From: Callorhinchus milii
Lineage: Eukaryota
Assembly: GCF_018977255.1 (NCBI RefSeq)
Contig: NW_024704743.1
Location: 82,524,001-82,588,000, forward strand
Reading direction: 5' to 3'
Length of the DNA: 64,000 bases
A model generated the notes under the pieces. That model was not told where the DNA came from. It saw nothing but the letters and a program-made list of their open reading frames with translations, and did no database searches. Below are positions 1 through 12,900 of this stretch, piece after piece; position 1 is the first letter of the stretch, and each line of letters begins with the position of its first letter. The position numbers and the translations under genes were made by a program.

Positions 1-828
1 TACGACTCTAAAGAGAAGATTGTTTTCTAAAAACATTTGTGTTTATATCTTTTATGTAAATGAATGTCTCGCATGAGTTGCCAAACACAGTGGCAAGGTA
101 CCAATGAAGGAAATAAAGAGAATTGACATAAACATGTTGACCAAAGACACGGTCAAAGCAATATATTTCATAACAATTGTGAAAAGTGGTAGCAAAGCAA
201 CGGGACGTTGCATGAGTGTGAGACAGCCATGATAGTTGAAGCCTCGACCACAGTTGGTGAAGCAAAGGGAGAGAAGATGAGCAAAGGGAAAGGAGAGAAG
301 CAGATTAGCCAGAAGAGTGGAGGGTACCGGCTGGAAACGGTTAATGTATAAAGTGGGAAGAGACCCACTGAAGATTAGGATAAAGATCTTTAAAGTCTTC
401 TTTGGTCAAGTTTGCAAGAAACTTGAGATGCAGCATTCTGGATCAGGTTAAGCTTCTGGAGAGGAATTAGGGAGGCTAACGAGGAAAGATTTGGATAGGC
501 TAAGGCCAACAGAAGGATGGATAGGAATGTTAACAGCGGGGGAGTTAAGGTTACAAATGGATAATGTTCCAGGAATAGAAAGTGACAATCTTGGCAATGG
601 ACCTACTGCAGTGTCTGAAATGCAGCTCAGATGAAAAAAATAACTTGGCAGTGAAAACGAAACATAAAAATGCTCTTTTGCAAAAATACGCCTAATTAAA
701 TGGTCAATTTCTGTCTTAGGACATTATGCAATTTAAAAACATGAAATTTATTCCTATGATCATCAAATTACTACAATATAGATCCCTTTAGCTATGCTAA
801 CTTAATTAAATAAGGCAGATATACTTAC

Positions 829-988
829 ATCTTTGTCTGGCAGGCCAAAAAGAAATTCCCTGTCAAAACGCCCAGGCCGCCTTAAAGCAGGATCTATGGA
901 ATCCAGTCTGTTCGTTGCCCCTATCACCACGATCTCACCTCTGCTATCCAATCCATCCATCAGGGCTAGTAAAGTAGACACTATAGAA
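829..988 (-). CDS. ATAD2: ATAD2 exon 14 (AAA sensor 1 / arginine finger)
   Basis: ttttcag|T TCT ATA...AAA GAT|gtaagt; [53 protein letters not shown]; 160 bp. Confidence 0.97.
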
Positions 989-3900
989 CTGAAAAGATTT
1001 TAGGATTAAACCTTCATTTTGCTGTTCCATAATTTGAATTTTTTTAAATAAACACATGCATTCCTAGATTCTTAAGCTTACTACAACAAAGTACAGCAGT
1101 CCTTTATTGTGAAGAGAATACTTGTCACAATTTAGCTATGAAGTAAATTAAAGATGCACTTATCGTTAATAGTAGAATTCCTTGACACGGGACAAATTTG
1201 TCCGTTCTCCTGCATCTTAACCGCATTTTGCAGACAGAAGACATGCATTTTCCAAACAAGATTTGCTTGCTAAATCACTACCCAACAGCACGCCATAAGC
1301 CACTGAAGTTTTAAACATTACATACCTATGTATCTGATCTTGCCGACTGGAACGGACAGGAGCCAAACCATCTACTTCATCAAAGAAAATAATTGAAGGA
1401 CGCATTAGGTAGGCCTTAAAAAAAAAGACAGATTTTAAGTTCAGAGGGCAAAAGAATGTCACGTTCTGTGTAACATTTCAGCTGCTTTTACGATCAGTTT
1501 TATGCAAGAAACAACACGTATTGTGGAAAAACTATCAACTACAGATGAAACAAAAAACATCACCACATTTAGGAGCACCCAAACTAGACACAGTATGCCA
1601 CAACACATAGAAATTCCTGTGCATCAGGAATGGAAAGCACATTTCCCTGGAGGTTGCACTCCGTTTACCCAATTTCAAAAGGGTGGCAAGAGTCAAGGCT
1701 TGGGGTCCCTGTTTGTAGTGTGCACAGAGATAATGCTGGAATAAAACCAGAGTGCCTTGGAGAACTGCGCACCTCCCTGACTCAGGAAATGAACAACCAA
1801 AACCAGCACAGATTAATAATAGACCAAATTGCCTATATTGTCACTTTACTAAGTTAAAATACCAAATGTATTAGATTATCTCCTCTTCTATCCCCATTCC
1901 ACTCCTTATCTCTCAGCTCCACCTCCTTGGCCCACATATCAGACATCGTCAACCTGTTCCTCTCCTCTGGCTCTATTCCCATTCCCCTAAAAACTGCCAT
2001 CATCGCTCCCACCTAGAAAAAAAACCCCTTTGATGCGTCGCAGCTATCAAGCTACCGGCCCATCTCCAACCTCCCCTTCCTGAAAGAGTTGTCACCTCCC
2101 AGCTGCACTCTTTCCTCTCCACCCATGCATTATTCATACCCCTTCAGTCAGGTTTCCGTGTTACCCATAGCACAGAACCCGCCCTGGTCAAGGTCACCAA
2201 TGACAAGTTGACCATCTGCGACCGGACTCCCTCTGTCTCCTCGTCCTATCGGCAGCATTCAATACGGTCGACCACGCTATCCTCCTCCACCGCTTGTCCT
2301 CCCACCTCAACCCTCAAGGCCCTGTCCTTGAGTGGTTTAGGTTGTACCTCTCCCACCGTCTTCATTTTGTTTCCAAACGGCTTTTCCTCCAGCCCCCGCA
2401 TCGTCTCGTGTGGTGTTCCTCAGGGCTCTGTCCTCGGTCCCCTCCTCTTCACCCTCTATATGCTCCCCGTTGGTGACATCATCCGCAGACATGGGGTTAA
2501 CTTCCACATGTATGCGGATGACACCCAACTCTACCTTTCCTCCTCTACCCCCAACTCCACGACCACTGATGTCCTGACACCCTGTCTGTCTGACATCGAG
2601 TCCTGGACGAGAGACAACTTTCTTCAGCTCAACGTGCGCAAAGTTGAGGCCCTCCTGATTGGCTCACGTCAGCGCCTCCGCACCTCAGGCACTGACAGCA
2701 TCAGCATCCAAGGCTGCACTCTCCACCTCTCAAAGCCGGTCAGGAACCTCGGGTTCTGTTCGACCCTGAGCTGTCCTTTCTTCCTCATATCCGCGCCACA
2801 ACTGGCACCGCCTTCCATCACCTCCAAAATATCGCCAAACTACGGCACTACCTCACCCCTCACGCTGCTGAAACCCTGGTTCACGCCTTTGTCACCTCAA
2901 GGCTGGACTATGGGAACTCTCTCCTCGCCGGCCTTCCCGGCACCTCCCTCCACAAGCTGCAGGTCATTCAGAACTCTGCAGCTCGTGTACTGTCCCGCAC
3001 CAGGCTTCGGGACCACATCACTCCCACCCTCGCTCGCCTCCACTGGCTCCCCATCCCCCAGAGGATCAAATTCAAGATCCTCATCCTCACCTACAAGGCC
3101 ATTCACGGCCTTGCTCCCTCCTACCTCTCCGACCTACTATCCCCCTACTTACCTGCCCGTACCCTCCGTTCCTCTGGCTCCGGTCTGCTCCACATCCCCC
3201 GCCTCAACCGCCTTACCATTGGTGGCCGGGCCTTCAGCCACTCAGCCCCCAGGCTCTGGAACTCTATCCCCCAGTGCCTTCGCCGTCTCCTCCCTTTCCT
3301 CCTTCAAGGCCGGTCTCAAGACCTTTCTCTTTGACCGTGCCTTCAGCTCCCCTCTCGACTCTCTACCCCCTCCTCACCCCCTCCCCTCCCTCCCCTCACC
3401 CTGACCATTTCCCCCAACTGTCCAGCGCCTTGGGACGTCCTCCCTACGTGAAAGGTGCTCTATAAATGAAATCTTGTTGTTGTTGTTCTGAGCCACTATT
3501 TAGCAGCAGGAGGAATCCTGCTGGATTCTCCTACATACACTGTCACTGCACTTCACAGTCAATCTTGTGAAATGCTTTCAGATGTTCTCCTGAGGTGAAA
3601 GGTGCTATATCCAATACAAGGAATATTATTATTAATGATAATTATTATAATATTCAATTATGTAAAAAAGCTTCACAAACAATTGCTGTAACGACTATTT
3701 GCAGGCACAGAGTATAAATTGGTTCAAGAAGCAAATTGCGACTGTCTAAAGTGAGGGAGATGGCAGTATATAATATAAAAAAGCAGGTATCTATATAAAG
3801 CCCATTGGACCTTTTCCCATTTTAACAAATGACAAATATTTGGCAAATTACCAAACAAAGTTTTGAACAGTTACCAATTGTTTGCACATTCAAATTCAAG

Positions 3901-6900
3901 GATTTTGAGAATTCACGGTTCTAACACAGAAAAATAAATAGATCAACATCTACAAGCCTGTCTGAGAGCTCCATCTCTGTGGGAGGCTACAATATTGTTC
4001 TCTTTCAAGAATTTAAGGTTCAGGCCACACAATTCATGATTTGATAGAAAATTACTTCATGTAACGTAATTTTTGAATACATATTAACTCTATTGAGAAA
4101 ATGGGCATAATCACAATTTTTAAGTTACCTGATCAAAAAGCAGCCTTAATTGTCTTTCAGACTCTCCTACCCATTTACTAAGGCAATCTGCACCTTTTCG
4201 CATGAAAAAAGAAACTCTCCGATCTCCTTGGCTGCACTCATTGGCTAGTGCTCTGGCAACAAGAGTCTTTCCAGTACCAGGAGGACCATAGAATAAGCAA
4301 CCCCTAAAAATTGAAAGATGAACAGCAATTATAAATAAAATCTCACTCATGCACCTCCCTTCCTATCAGGATTACTGGCAGCAAACGACAAACTACACAT
4401 CTAAAACTTGCTCGAGTTACAGCTGAAAGAGGAACAATAGGTTTTTAAAATTACGACCAAAATAGTTGCCCACAACTACCAATTACTTCCCTTCGGAAGG
4501 CACACCATTCTTCCTTCTACTGGAGGAAAAGTTGCAACTACTTGGTGCCCTCTATTACCTCGTCTATAATCATTATTTGTGTGAGTTTAGATAACCCATT
4601 GCAGGAGGTATCACAACAGTGCCGGATTTTGTCCTGGTACCTGCACATAATGAGTGAACACGTTCATTTCCCCTTGCTCTGCATTTGTTGCTGCTAGATG
4701 AAATAAGCACAGAATGAGGAGGCTAATCTAGGACCATCACGGTCTTTATGGTTCAGATATTCACTGAATAAATGTAATAACATCCAGACCATATTGTAAT
4801 AAAGAAACACAGGATACTGGGTAGAATAGTGCTCTGGACGCTACCATGCATGAGGGGCATATATAAATGCAAGTTTTGTTGTTGTTGAATATAGTTTTAC
4901 AAAGATTTTTTCTTCTACAGCTCAAGGGCATGTTTTAAACAAGCTATCCCTGTACAAAATTTAAAAAAATCAGATACAGTATCTTTGTATATCAATAATT
5001 AACATTGCCAAATGGCCATAATGCATTCTCCTTAATTAACTAACTGCAGACTTTTAAACATCTCAAAGCATGAAGATCCAAACAGAATTGTGGAAATTTG
5101 TTCCATACCTTGGAGGTTGAATTTTAAACCTTTCAAACACCTCAGGGTAAAGTAATGGAAAAACAACCATCTCCTTCAATGCAGCGATGTGACTTGAAAG
5201 TCCACCCACTCTATCAAAACGGACCTAAAATACAAAAGCAGACTTGTGTCTATAAAAATGCTATTTTGAAACTTTATTCATGAATACTTTTAAAATACAG
5301 AATTCCACCCCCCATCTCACCCAACTGTAGTTGCTTGTGTTATACAGCCTAACAAAAAACTGTTGCCATGTTAACACGCAGGAGAAAAGACATTATTTTT
5401 TATTAAAACTAGTCAAATTGTTGACCAATTGTTGTCAAATACAGGTTAGACGGAAAACAATGGTTATGGTGCATATGACTTGGATTGGAAACTAGCATAA
5501 ACTCAATAAATCGGTGGTGTTATGACTTTTTAAAGTATTCACATTGAATGTTCTGATGTAACAATGCGATTTTAGCACTGATCTACTGAAGACAAGCAAA
5601 AGTTTCTTTATGACAATGCCTTAATAATAATAATAATAATCCTTGCATTTGATATAGCGCTTTTCACGTCGGGACGACGTCCCAAAGCGCTTCACAGAAT
5701 ATACTGTAAAGTGAATTGACTGTATATTTGTGGGCGAAACGCGGCAGCCAATTGCGCACAGCAGTGTCCCACAAACAGTCATGGATTGAAAATGACCAAT
5801 TTATTATTGTTTTTGGAGGGATTATTATTAGGCTCTGTGTGGAGTAAGGAAACTTGCCCAAGGTTTCGCCCTGACCTGCCGGGGATTGAACTCAGGTCTC
5901 TCGCTTGCAAAGCGAGTGCTCTAACCACTGAGCTACAGGACTCCACAATGTCACCAAAATGTCTCAACAAGCTTCACTGGATTTATTGTCAAATGTAATA
6001 ACTATTTGTATGCAAATGTGGCAGCCAATTTTTGTACAGCAATGTCCCACAAACGGCCCTGGTTTCAAAGACCAGCATTGTATTGGAGTGCAGATCTACA
6101 CCAATAGCTCAAAGAACCAATGCTGGGTTTAAACTCACAACCTTGACTCAGGTGCTGCCTGGCATATGAGATATAAAATTGGTCATTTACTTCATGGCTG
6201 TTTGTGGAACATCGCTGGGTGCAAATTTCCCATCACATTAGCTACACTCTACAGAAACTTCAAGAAGCACTTTAAGATGTTATCAATGTTATAAATGCTA
6301 TATCAATGCAAAAAATATTAGTAAGCAAGCATATCAAGTGAAAATCTGGTAATAGTAATCCTTGCATTTGATATAGCGCTTTTCACGTCTTCTAGACGCC
6401 TCAAAGTGCTTCACAGAATAGACTGTAAAATTGATTTGATTGTATATAATTGTGGGCGAAACGCAGCAGCCAATTGCGCACAGCAGTGTCCCACAGTTGT
6501 GGATTGAAAATTACCAATTTATCATTGTGTTTTTTTCTTGAGGAATTATTATGTGGAGTAAGGAAACTTGCCCAAGGTTTCACCCTCCGGGAATTGAACC
6601 CAGGTCTCTCGCTTGCAAAGCGAGTTCTCTAACCACTGAGCTATAGGACTCCACATAATTACAGGAACTAAACATAATAACCAATACTTCATGCAACTGG
6701 TTGAAAGAAACAAGCTATGAAGCAATAGTATAACAAAGCTTTAATATCATACCACTGTTCACACCATACATTTATTCCAACCGTTTGCTACAAAAGGAGT
6801 TTGATGCATTTTAGTGACCTGAAATTTTGTTCTAGCTTTATGAACAGAGGAAGAAGAGGTAAATAGACTGGAAGAAAACAGAAACTAATTCAGCTCCAAT

Positions 6901-9900
6901 TTCATCAACTTACAGAAGTGTCAATCTGCATTGGATCTACATCTGCCAGGCTAGCACCTATTTTCATACGATCCTTGTGAATTCCTTTCAAGTCATCTTT
7001 CCTCAAATTCAGTGGAAGACATCTAGAAATACAAAATGTAATGAGAAAATAAACACAATAGTGGAATTGCTAAACAAATTAATTTACTTCTGTAAATGTA
7101 TGTTACAATGTTACAATAAAGTTGTGAAACCAGCGATTGCATGAAATTCCTGAAGTTTTCAGTTAATTGTGAAACCATGAAATCAATGAAATTAGGAGTC
7201 AGGAATTTCATGAAAAAGTGATCATTCATCACATTGATAACCTTGCCTTGACACTTGTTAGCATTATCAACAAATAAATAACATTATGAAAATTCATATT
7301 TTATTCACCATAAACTTCATGCAACATTTCATTCACTGATGAGTCAAATGTTCATTTCTTCTGAGCGCTTTTACACTGCATATGGCTTGCAACAATGTTC
7401 ATTTCTTCTGAGCACTTTTACACTTTGTAAAGCCTTGTCCACCACAAACAGACTGTGCAATGACAGCTTCACAATGCTAACAAGTGTCAAGGCAAGGTTA
7501 TCAATATAATGAAATTATCGCTTTTTCACAAAATACCTGATCCATAATTTCAGTGATTTCATGGTTTCGCAATTTTACTGAAAATTTCAGGGATTTAGTA
7601 AAATCCCTGGTTTCCCAACTTTACTGTAACATATATACATCAGAGTAGGTGAATAAGTATCATTGAGAAGAGAAATATTTAGAGCTGCATAGCAAACTTG
7701 AGCACCATTATGGTAAGCCACAAGCAGAAAGTAACAATGGCTTGTTTGTCTTATATTGCGGTTGTGAACATAAAATAATTTTCCATACTGAAAGCAAACG
7801 ATACGAGGGAGGGGTGCCAACATCTCTTATTTATCATGCCCAGGGCCTCCATGTGCTATGTTAAAATCAATCACTTCCTGGAGGTGAATATTACAACAAC
7901 AAATTACATTTATATAGGGCTTTTCGCTTCAGGAGGACGTCCCAAGGCACTGGAGACATCTTAAAAATCAAAGTATTAAAAACACCTCTTCAAGAGAGGC
8001 AGTGGAATATGGTTTCAGCAGGCGACGTACAATTCCATTTGGAGAACAAAGATGACCCTAATAATAGACAATTACTTTTTTTTTAAGTTAAAAAATTAAC
8101 TCCATAAAAGATTTAGCTATCCTGCAAATCCACAATCAAAACAGCTATTTTGAATTAGCCCAAGATACTCAAGTTACGGTTGTGATCCTTAATCAAATCC
8201 AAAAGGGTTCTATCTTCCAGGTTATGATAAGGAACATATTTACCATCATTTAGATAACCTTTGTGCAGAATGGCTTTATTAAAAATCTGCACCACAATAA
8301 CTGCCAATACTTCAAAATAATTTGGTACAACTTTTAAGAAGTGTTTTTTGAGCATTTTTATTTATTATTTTCGTACATTGAAACCATCACCAAATGTTGC
8401 TAAATTTAATTAAATTTCACCCACAAAATACAGTCAATCCACTTAACAGTATATTCTGTGAAGTGCTTTGAGTCATCTCAACCACAAAAGGCGCTATATC
8501 AAATGCAAGGATTATTATTGTACGATTGAAACCATAACTGCCAATAGGACAATTTATGCAAAATTGTGTAAAGCTGCAAAGTTTGTGTCATGAACATGAA
8601 CCAGAAGCCAAAAGGAGCTCCATGGCAACAAATTGAAGAGCTCCTGGTCTGCAGGGAACACATTAGAATTGCTTTCCAACTTCTCTTAAAAAATGAAAGG
8701 GATTCTTCTATGAGACAAGCAGATTTGGTGCAGCAAAATCACAATTACACCCAAAGACACAAAAGAACCATGGCTGCAGCCTCAAAAACAGGAGTTGATG
8801 GTATGAGAGAACAAACAAAATTGCTGAGACAATGGACAAATATGCACTGATGCAGTTCAGCAGGAGGACCTCAATATTAGTAACAGTCACTGTACAACTA
8901 AGGATTCAGACACGACTTTCCAAGTTTACTTTTGCCTCCAATGAACAAATATTCTGCAGACCACAAAGAGGAATAAAAGGTGTACAAAAACAACTACTTT
9001 GCAATAATAAGCAGACTTGACTCCATCATACTTAAACAGAAAGGAAGCTGATTTTTTTTTGTTTCTGGGTTACCTACCTACTGACCTCATGCTGACCAAT
9101 TGAGGTGTGGTAAGAGAATAATGGGTCATATTGTCTACCCCACTTAGGTTTGGACTATCATCATTACCAGCAAGCAGTAATATCCTTGCCAGCGGAGTCA
9201 GCTTGAAAGACCACGATTAGAGGCATTCCAGCTAAAAAAAATACATTGCAAAATGCCTTGCAGACCACTGTTGCTGTTATGAAAGGAGATACCACAGTAA
9301 TAATGTTCAGCCAAAATTTAGCTGCTTTCCCCAAAAAGATTTTGAAGTGAAACAAAATGGTATCCTAGAAGGAAACAACAACTTGCATATATATAGCACC
9401 TTTCATGCCAGAATCCCAGGTAAAAGGTGTGTGCACTTAAAGATGTGTTTGGCTAGCTATGGCCTTCAGATGAGGTATTCCATGGAATCCTGTAGCTCAG
9501 TGGTTAACACTCGCCTCATAAGTGAGAGACCTGGGTTCGATTCCCGGTAGGGCGAAAGGTTTGGCATGTTTCCTTACTCTACATGCCTCTGTTTACTTAG
9601 CAGTAAGTAGGAATCCGGTTGTTAGTTGATTGGCGAATCGCTTTCTGGGGGTAATAATTCCTTTAAAAAAATTGGTCACTTCAATCCATGACCATTTGTG
9701 AGACACTGCTGTGCGCAATTGGCTGCCACGTTTCACCTACAAAACATATAGTCGATTTACTTTACAGTATATTCTGTGAAGCGCTTTGAGACATCTCGAA
9801 GCTGTGATAATGCGCTATATCAAATGCAAGGATTATATTTATTATTATTATTCTGCAGGAGTTAACAGTTGGAAACAATTCCTAAGTCTAAAAACAGGCA

Positions 9901-12900
9901 AATCAAATGTCTCAAGGCTGAAAGTACTGCTTTCCTGTCACTGGGCAAAAAGTTCTATCAATTGTCTGAATACATGTTGTGCAATTGTTGCAATCACATT
10001 CAGCAAATAACTCGCCTGAAGGGAATCTCAAACATTTTTAAACAATGCTAAAAAGCACGTGCCTTTTGCGGTCCAATGGCTAGTGCACCAGGAATGTTGC
10101 CTAAATTGCATCCTTTCAACTCAAATGTTCTGCTTGACTTAGTTGTTTTTGCAGCCTTAGTTTGGGGATCTGTTGGAAACTAAGAATAAAATCACTCACT
10201 CCAACTCCCTTTCCAATGGATTGGAAACTCCTCCATGACTCCAAAGCAAGATGATTGCTTACCCCTGTAACTTGAGTGTCACAAGCCAGATCTCCACAAG
10301 AAAATAGAAATGCTAATCCCCAAAACAATTCAGGAATTCCTACTTCAAATATACCTTTCAGACACTTATATAAATAAAACTCATTCCCTTTGGATGCAGA
10401 TGATTACTAATTGTATAACTGCAAAAACTGCAAGATGAAGAGAGTGTCCAATAATTGGGTTCTGTCTATAGAATCTCAGGTTGTGGTAAAAGATGTGTGT
10501 GTTTAAAGATGTGCCTGACTCAGCTCTGGCCTTCAGATGAGGTGTTCTTCAGGAGTTCCCTACCAACAGTAGCAAAGCATTCCTTCAGGAGTACCAGAGT
10601 TGATTGGATCACAGAAATGAAATGAAGATCATTTACGTAAGTAAATTTTCATCTGTATGCGTTATTGCAGGCTTTTCTTAAACAAGTGTTCATTTTAGCT
10701 ATGACCTAGGTATGTAGCTTATGATCAACAGTCTCTACAGTCATTACACTTTACAGTAAATCCTGTGAAGCAATTTGAGTTGTCCTCCTGATATGAAAGG
10801 TGGTATATCAAATACAAGGATTATTATTTTAATTATTACCACCAGCAAAGAACCTCATGTTATTCTATTCTACTCAGACAACTCATGCAATGGATTTCCT
10901 GATCACAATAATCCTTGCATTTTTGATATAGCACCTTAACCCGTCTTTGAGATGTCTCAAAACGCTTTGCACGATACACTATAAAGTGAATTGACTTTAA
11001 TGATTATTCATACAATAAATGTACTAACGCTATTTTGTATTTTATGGAGGCAATGGTCATCATGATAGGGAAAAAAAACCCTGAAGGCTCCACCCCAAGA
11101 CGATGATTCTTATTTCGCAATGCAAGATAGACTGCCACGGCCAATATTCCAAATTCAAGAAGTTCTAAAGGATATCAGCCACATTGATTTTTCCTGTTGA
11201 TGAATGGATTCACTCCTACAGTTAAGTACCATACATATAATAAATAATAATTCTTGCATTTGATATAGTGCATTATCACGTGTTCAAGACGTCTCGGACA
11301 GAATATATTGTAAAGTGAATTGACTACATATTTTGTGGGCGAAATGCAGCAGCCAATTGCACACAAGCAATGTCCCACAAACAGTCATGGATTGAGTGAC
11401 CAANTTTTTTTTGAAGGAATAAATATCCCCCCAGTTATTGAAACACTTTCCACCCAAGGAAATATATGGCCTTTTAAGTGTTAACTCCACATCATCAAGC
11501 GCTGACATTCCCAAACAAGACAACTATATCAATCAGTTTCGTTTGAACTTTGTTTACTCCCTCCCCATCATTTTTCTGTTATTCAAAACTGTTTTCTCTC
11601 TGATCATGTCTCGTGATAGATACCCTATTAACACACACACAAAAACAAACACCTTACCAGGACTCTTGAAGTGATTGCCTTTTTCCAACTCTATGTACTC
11701 ATTACAAAGAAACCTACAAGATTTTACTCATCATAGATTTTCTTAACAGACAATAAAAATCAGTCACTGTATATTGAACTACTTCAGCCCGCCAGCTTCT
11801 AAATCAATTCTTCCACCATCACTGCTCGCTCCTCGAGTTGAAGAGATATTCAGCTTCCCGATAGCACAGGGAATGATTTACATTCAAACAGCCCAAAGCC
11901 CTACAGTTGTGATGCCACAGTCTTTATAAAAGAACCAAATGACATCACAAAGTCCAACATCTTCCCCTCAGTTCCAACTCGATTTAAATGATGACCCTAA
12001 AAAAGTTCCACCGCAAAACGCTCATACAAACGGCACAGAGTTTCACTTACGTATTAATAACACTCGCGAATAAACATCAGCAGAAATAAAAACCGTACTT
12101 CTGCGGGTCTGATGTCACAATGGCATTGACATCACAAATAAGTTCAACTCCTTTCCTGACAGAACGACTAAAAGAGCAATTACAACTTTTGATGGAAACG
12201 CATACGTTACCAACAACAAATTACACTTATATAGTGTTTTTTTTTCATGTCGGGAGGATGTCCCAAGGCTCTGGTAAAATAAAAGATTTTGCAATCACTT
12301 GAACGCATCTGATGCAGTATGAAGCTATACATACCATGCAGGTTTGTGTCATCTGTGCATAATCAGACAATCTACCAGGCCAGTAGTGGGGTTGCTATAT
12401 TTGGTGTAAAAATCCCAATACTGTACTATATCGAGGGAGAAAAGGGAAAATGCAGGACTTCCACCAATGGTCAATCTCCCAGTCACTTATGTGAAATGCT
12501 TTGAGACTCCTCATATGAAAGGCACAAGGTAACTTATTGATCACTATGTAGCAACCGTTGCTGGAAGAATGCACCAACATTAATTTCTGCTACATCACCT
12601 GCTTCCGTCCTTATCTCACATTCAAAGCTGCAAAAACTCTCACTTAAAGTCACAATCACACTCTACTTTCCAAATGGCATCCTTGTGGGCTTCCTACTCA
12701 AAACTCACCACCCATATTCTTACCTGCATGAGGCTTCACACGCCCATCATCCTCATCATCGCTCCACATCTCCCAGCAGAGAGACTAAGATCCTCACCCA
12801 CAAATTCATTCACAACCTCACACCTCCATACGCTCTTCAAACTTCTCCAGTTCCACTCTTTTGCTACATTCTTTCCTCCTCACCCAACCAGGGTGTTTGC

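Noticed and set aside
2208..3404. 398-aa ORF (and similar ORFs at 18889-19611, 26246-26962, 62090-62428) as host genes
   Set aside because: They are L2 fragments; only parts are in the RT frame and the Ser/Pro-rich remainder is an alternative-frame reading repeated in every copy
8590..9355. Short ORFs in ATAD2 intron 9 as a nested gene
   Set aside because: No recognisable domain and no convincing exon chain
11404..11404. Ambiguous base N (another at 51204)
   Set aside because: Consensus uncertainty beside homopolymers, not biology
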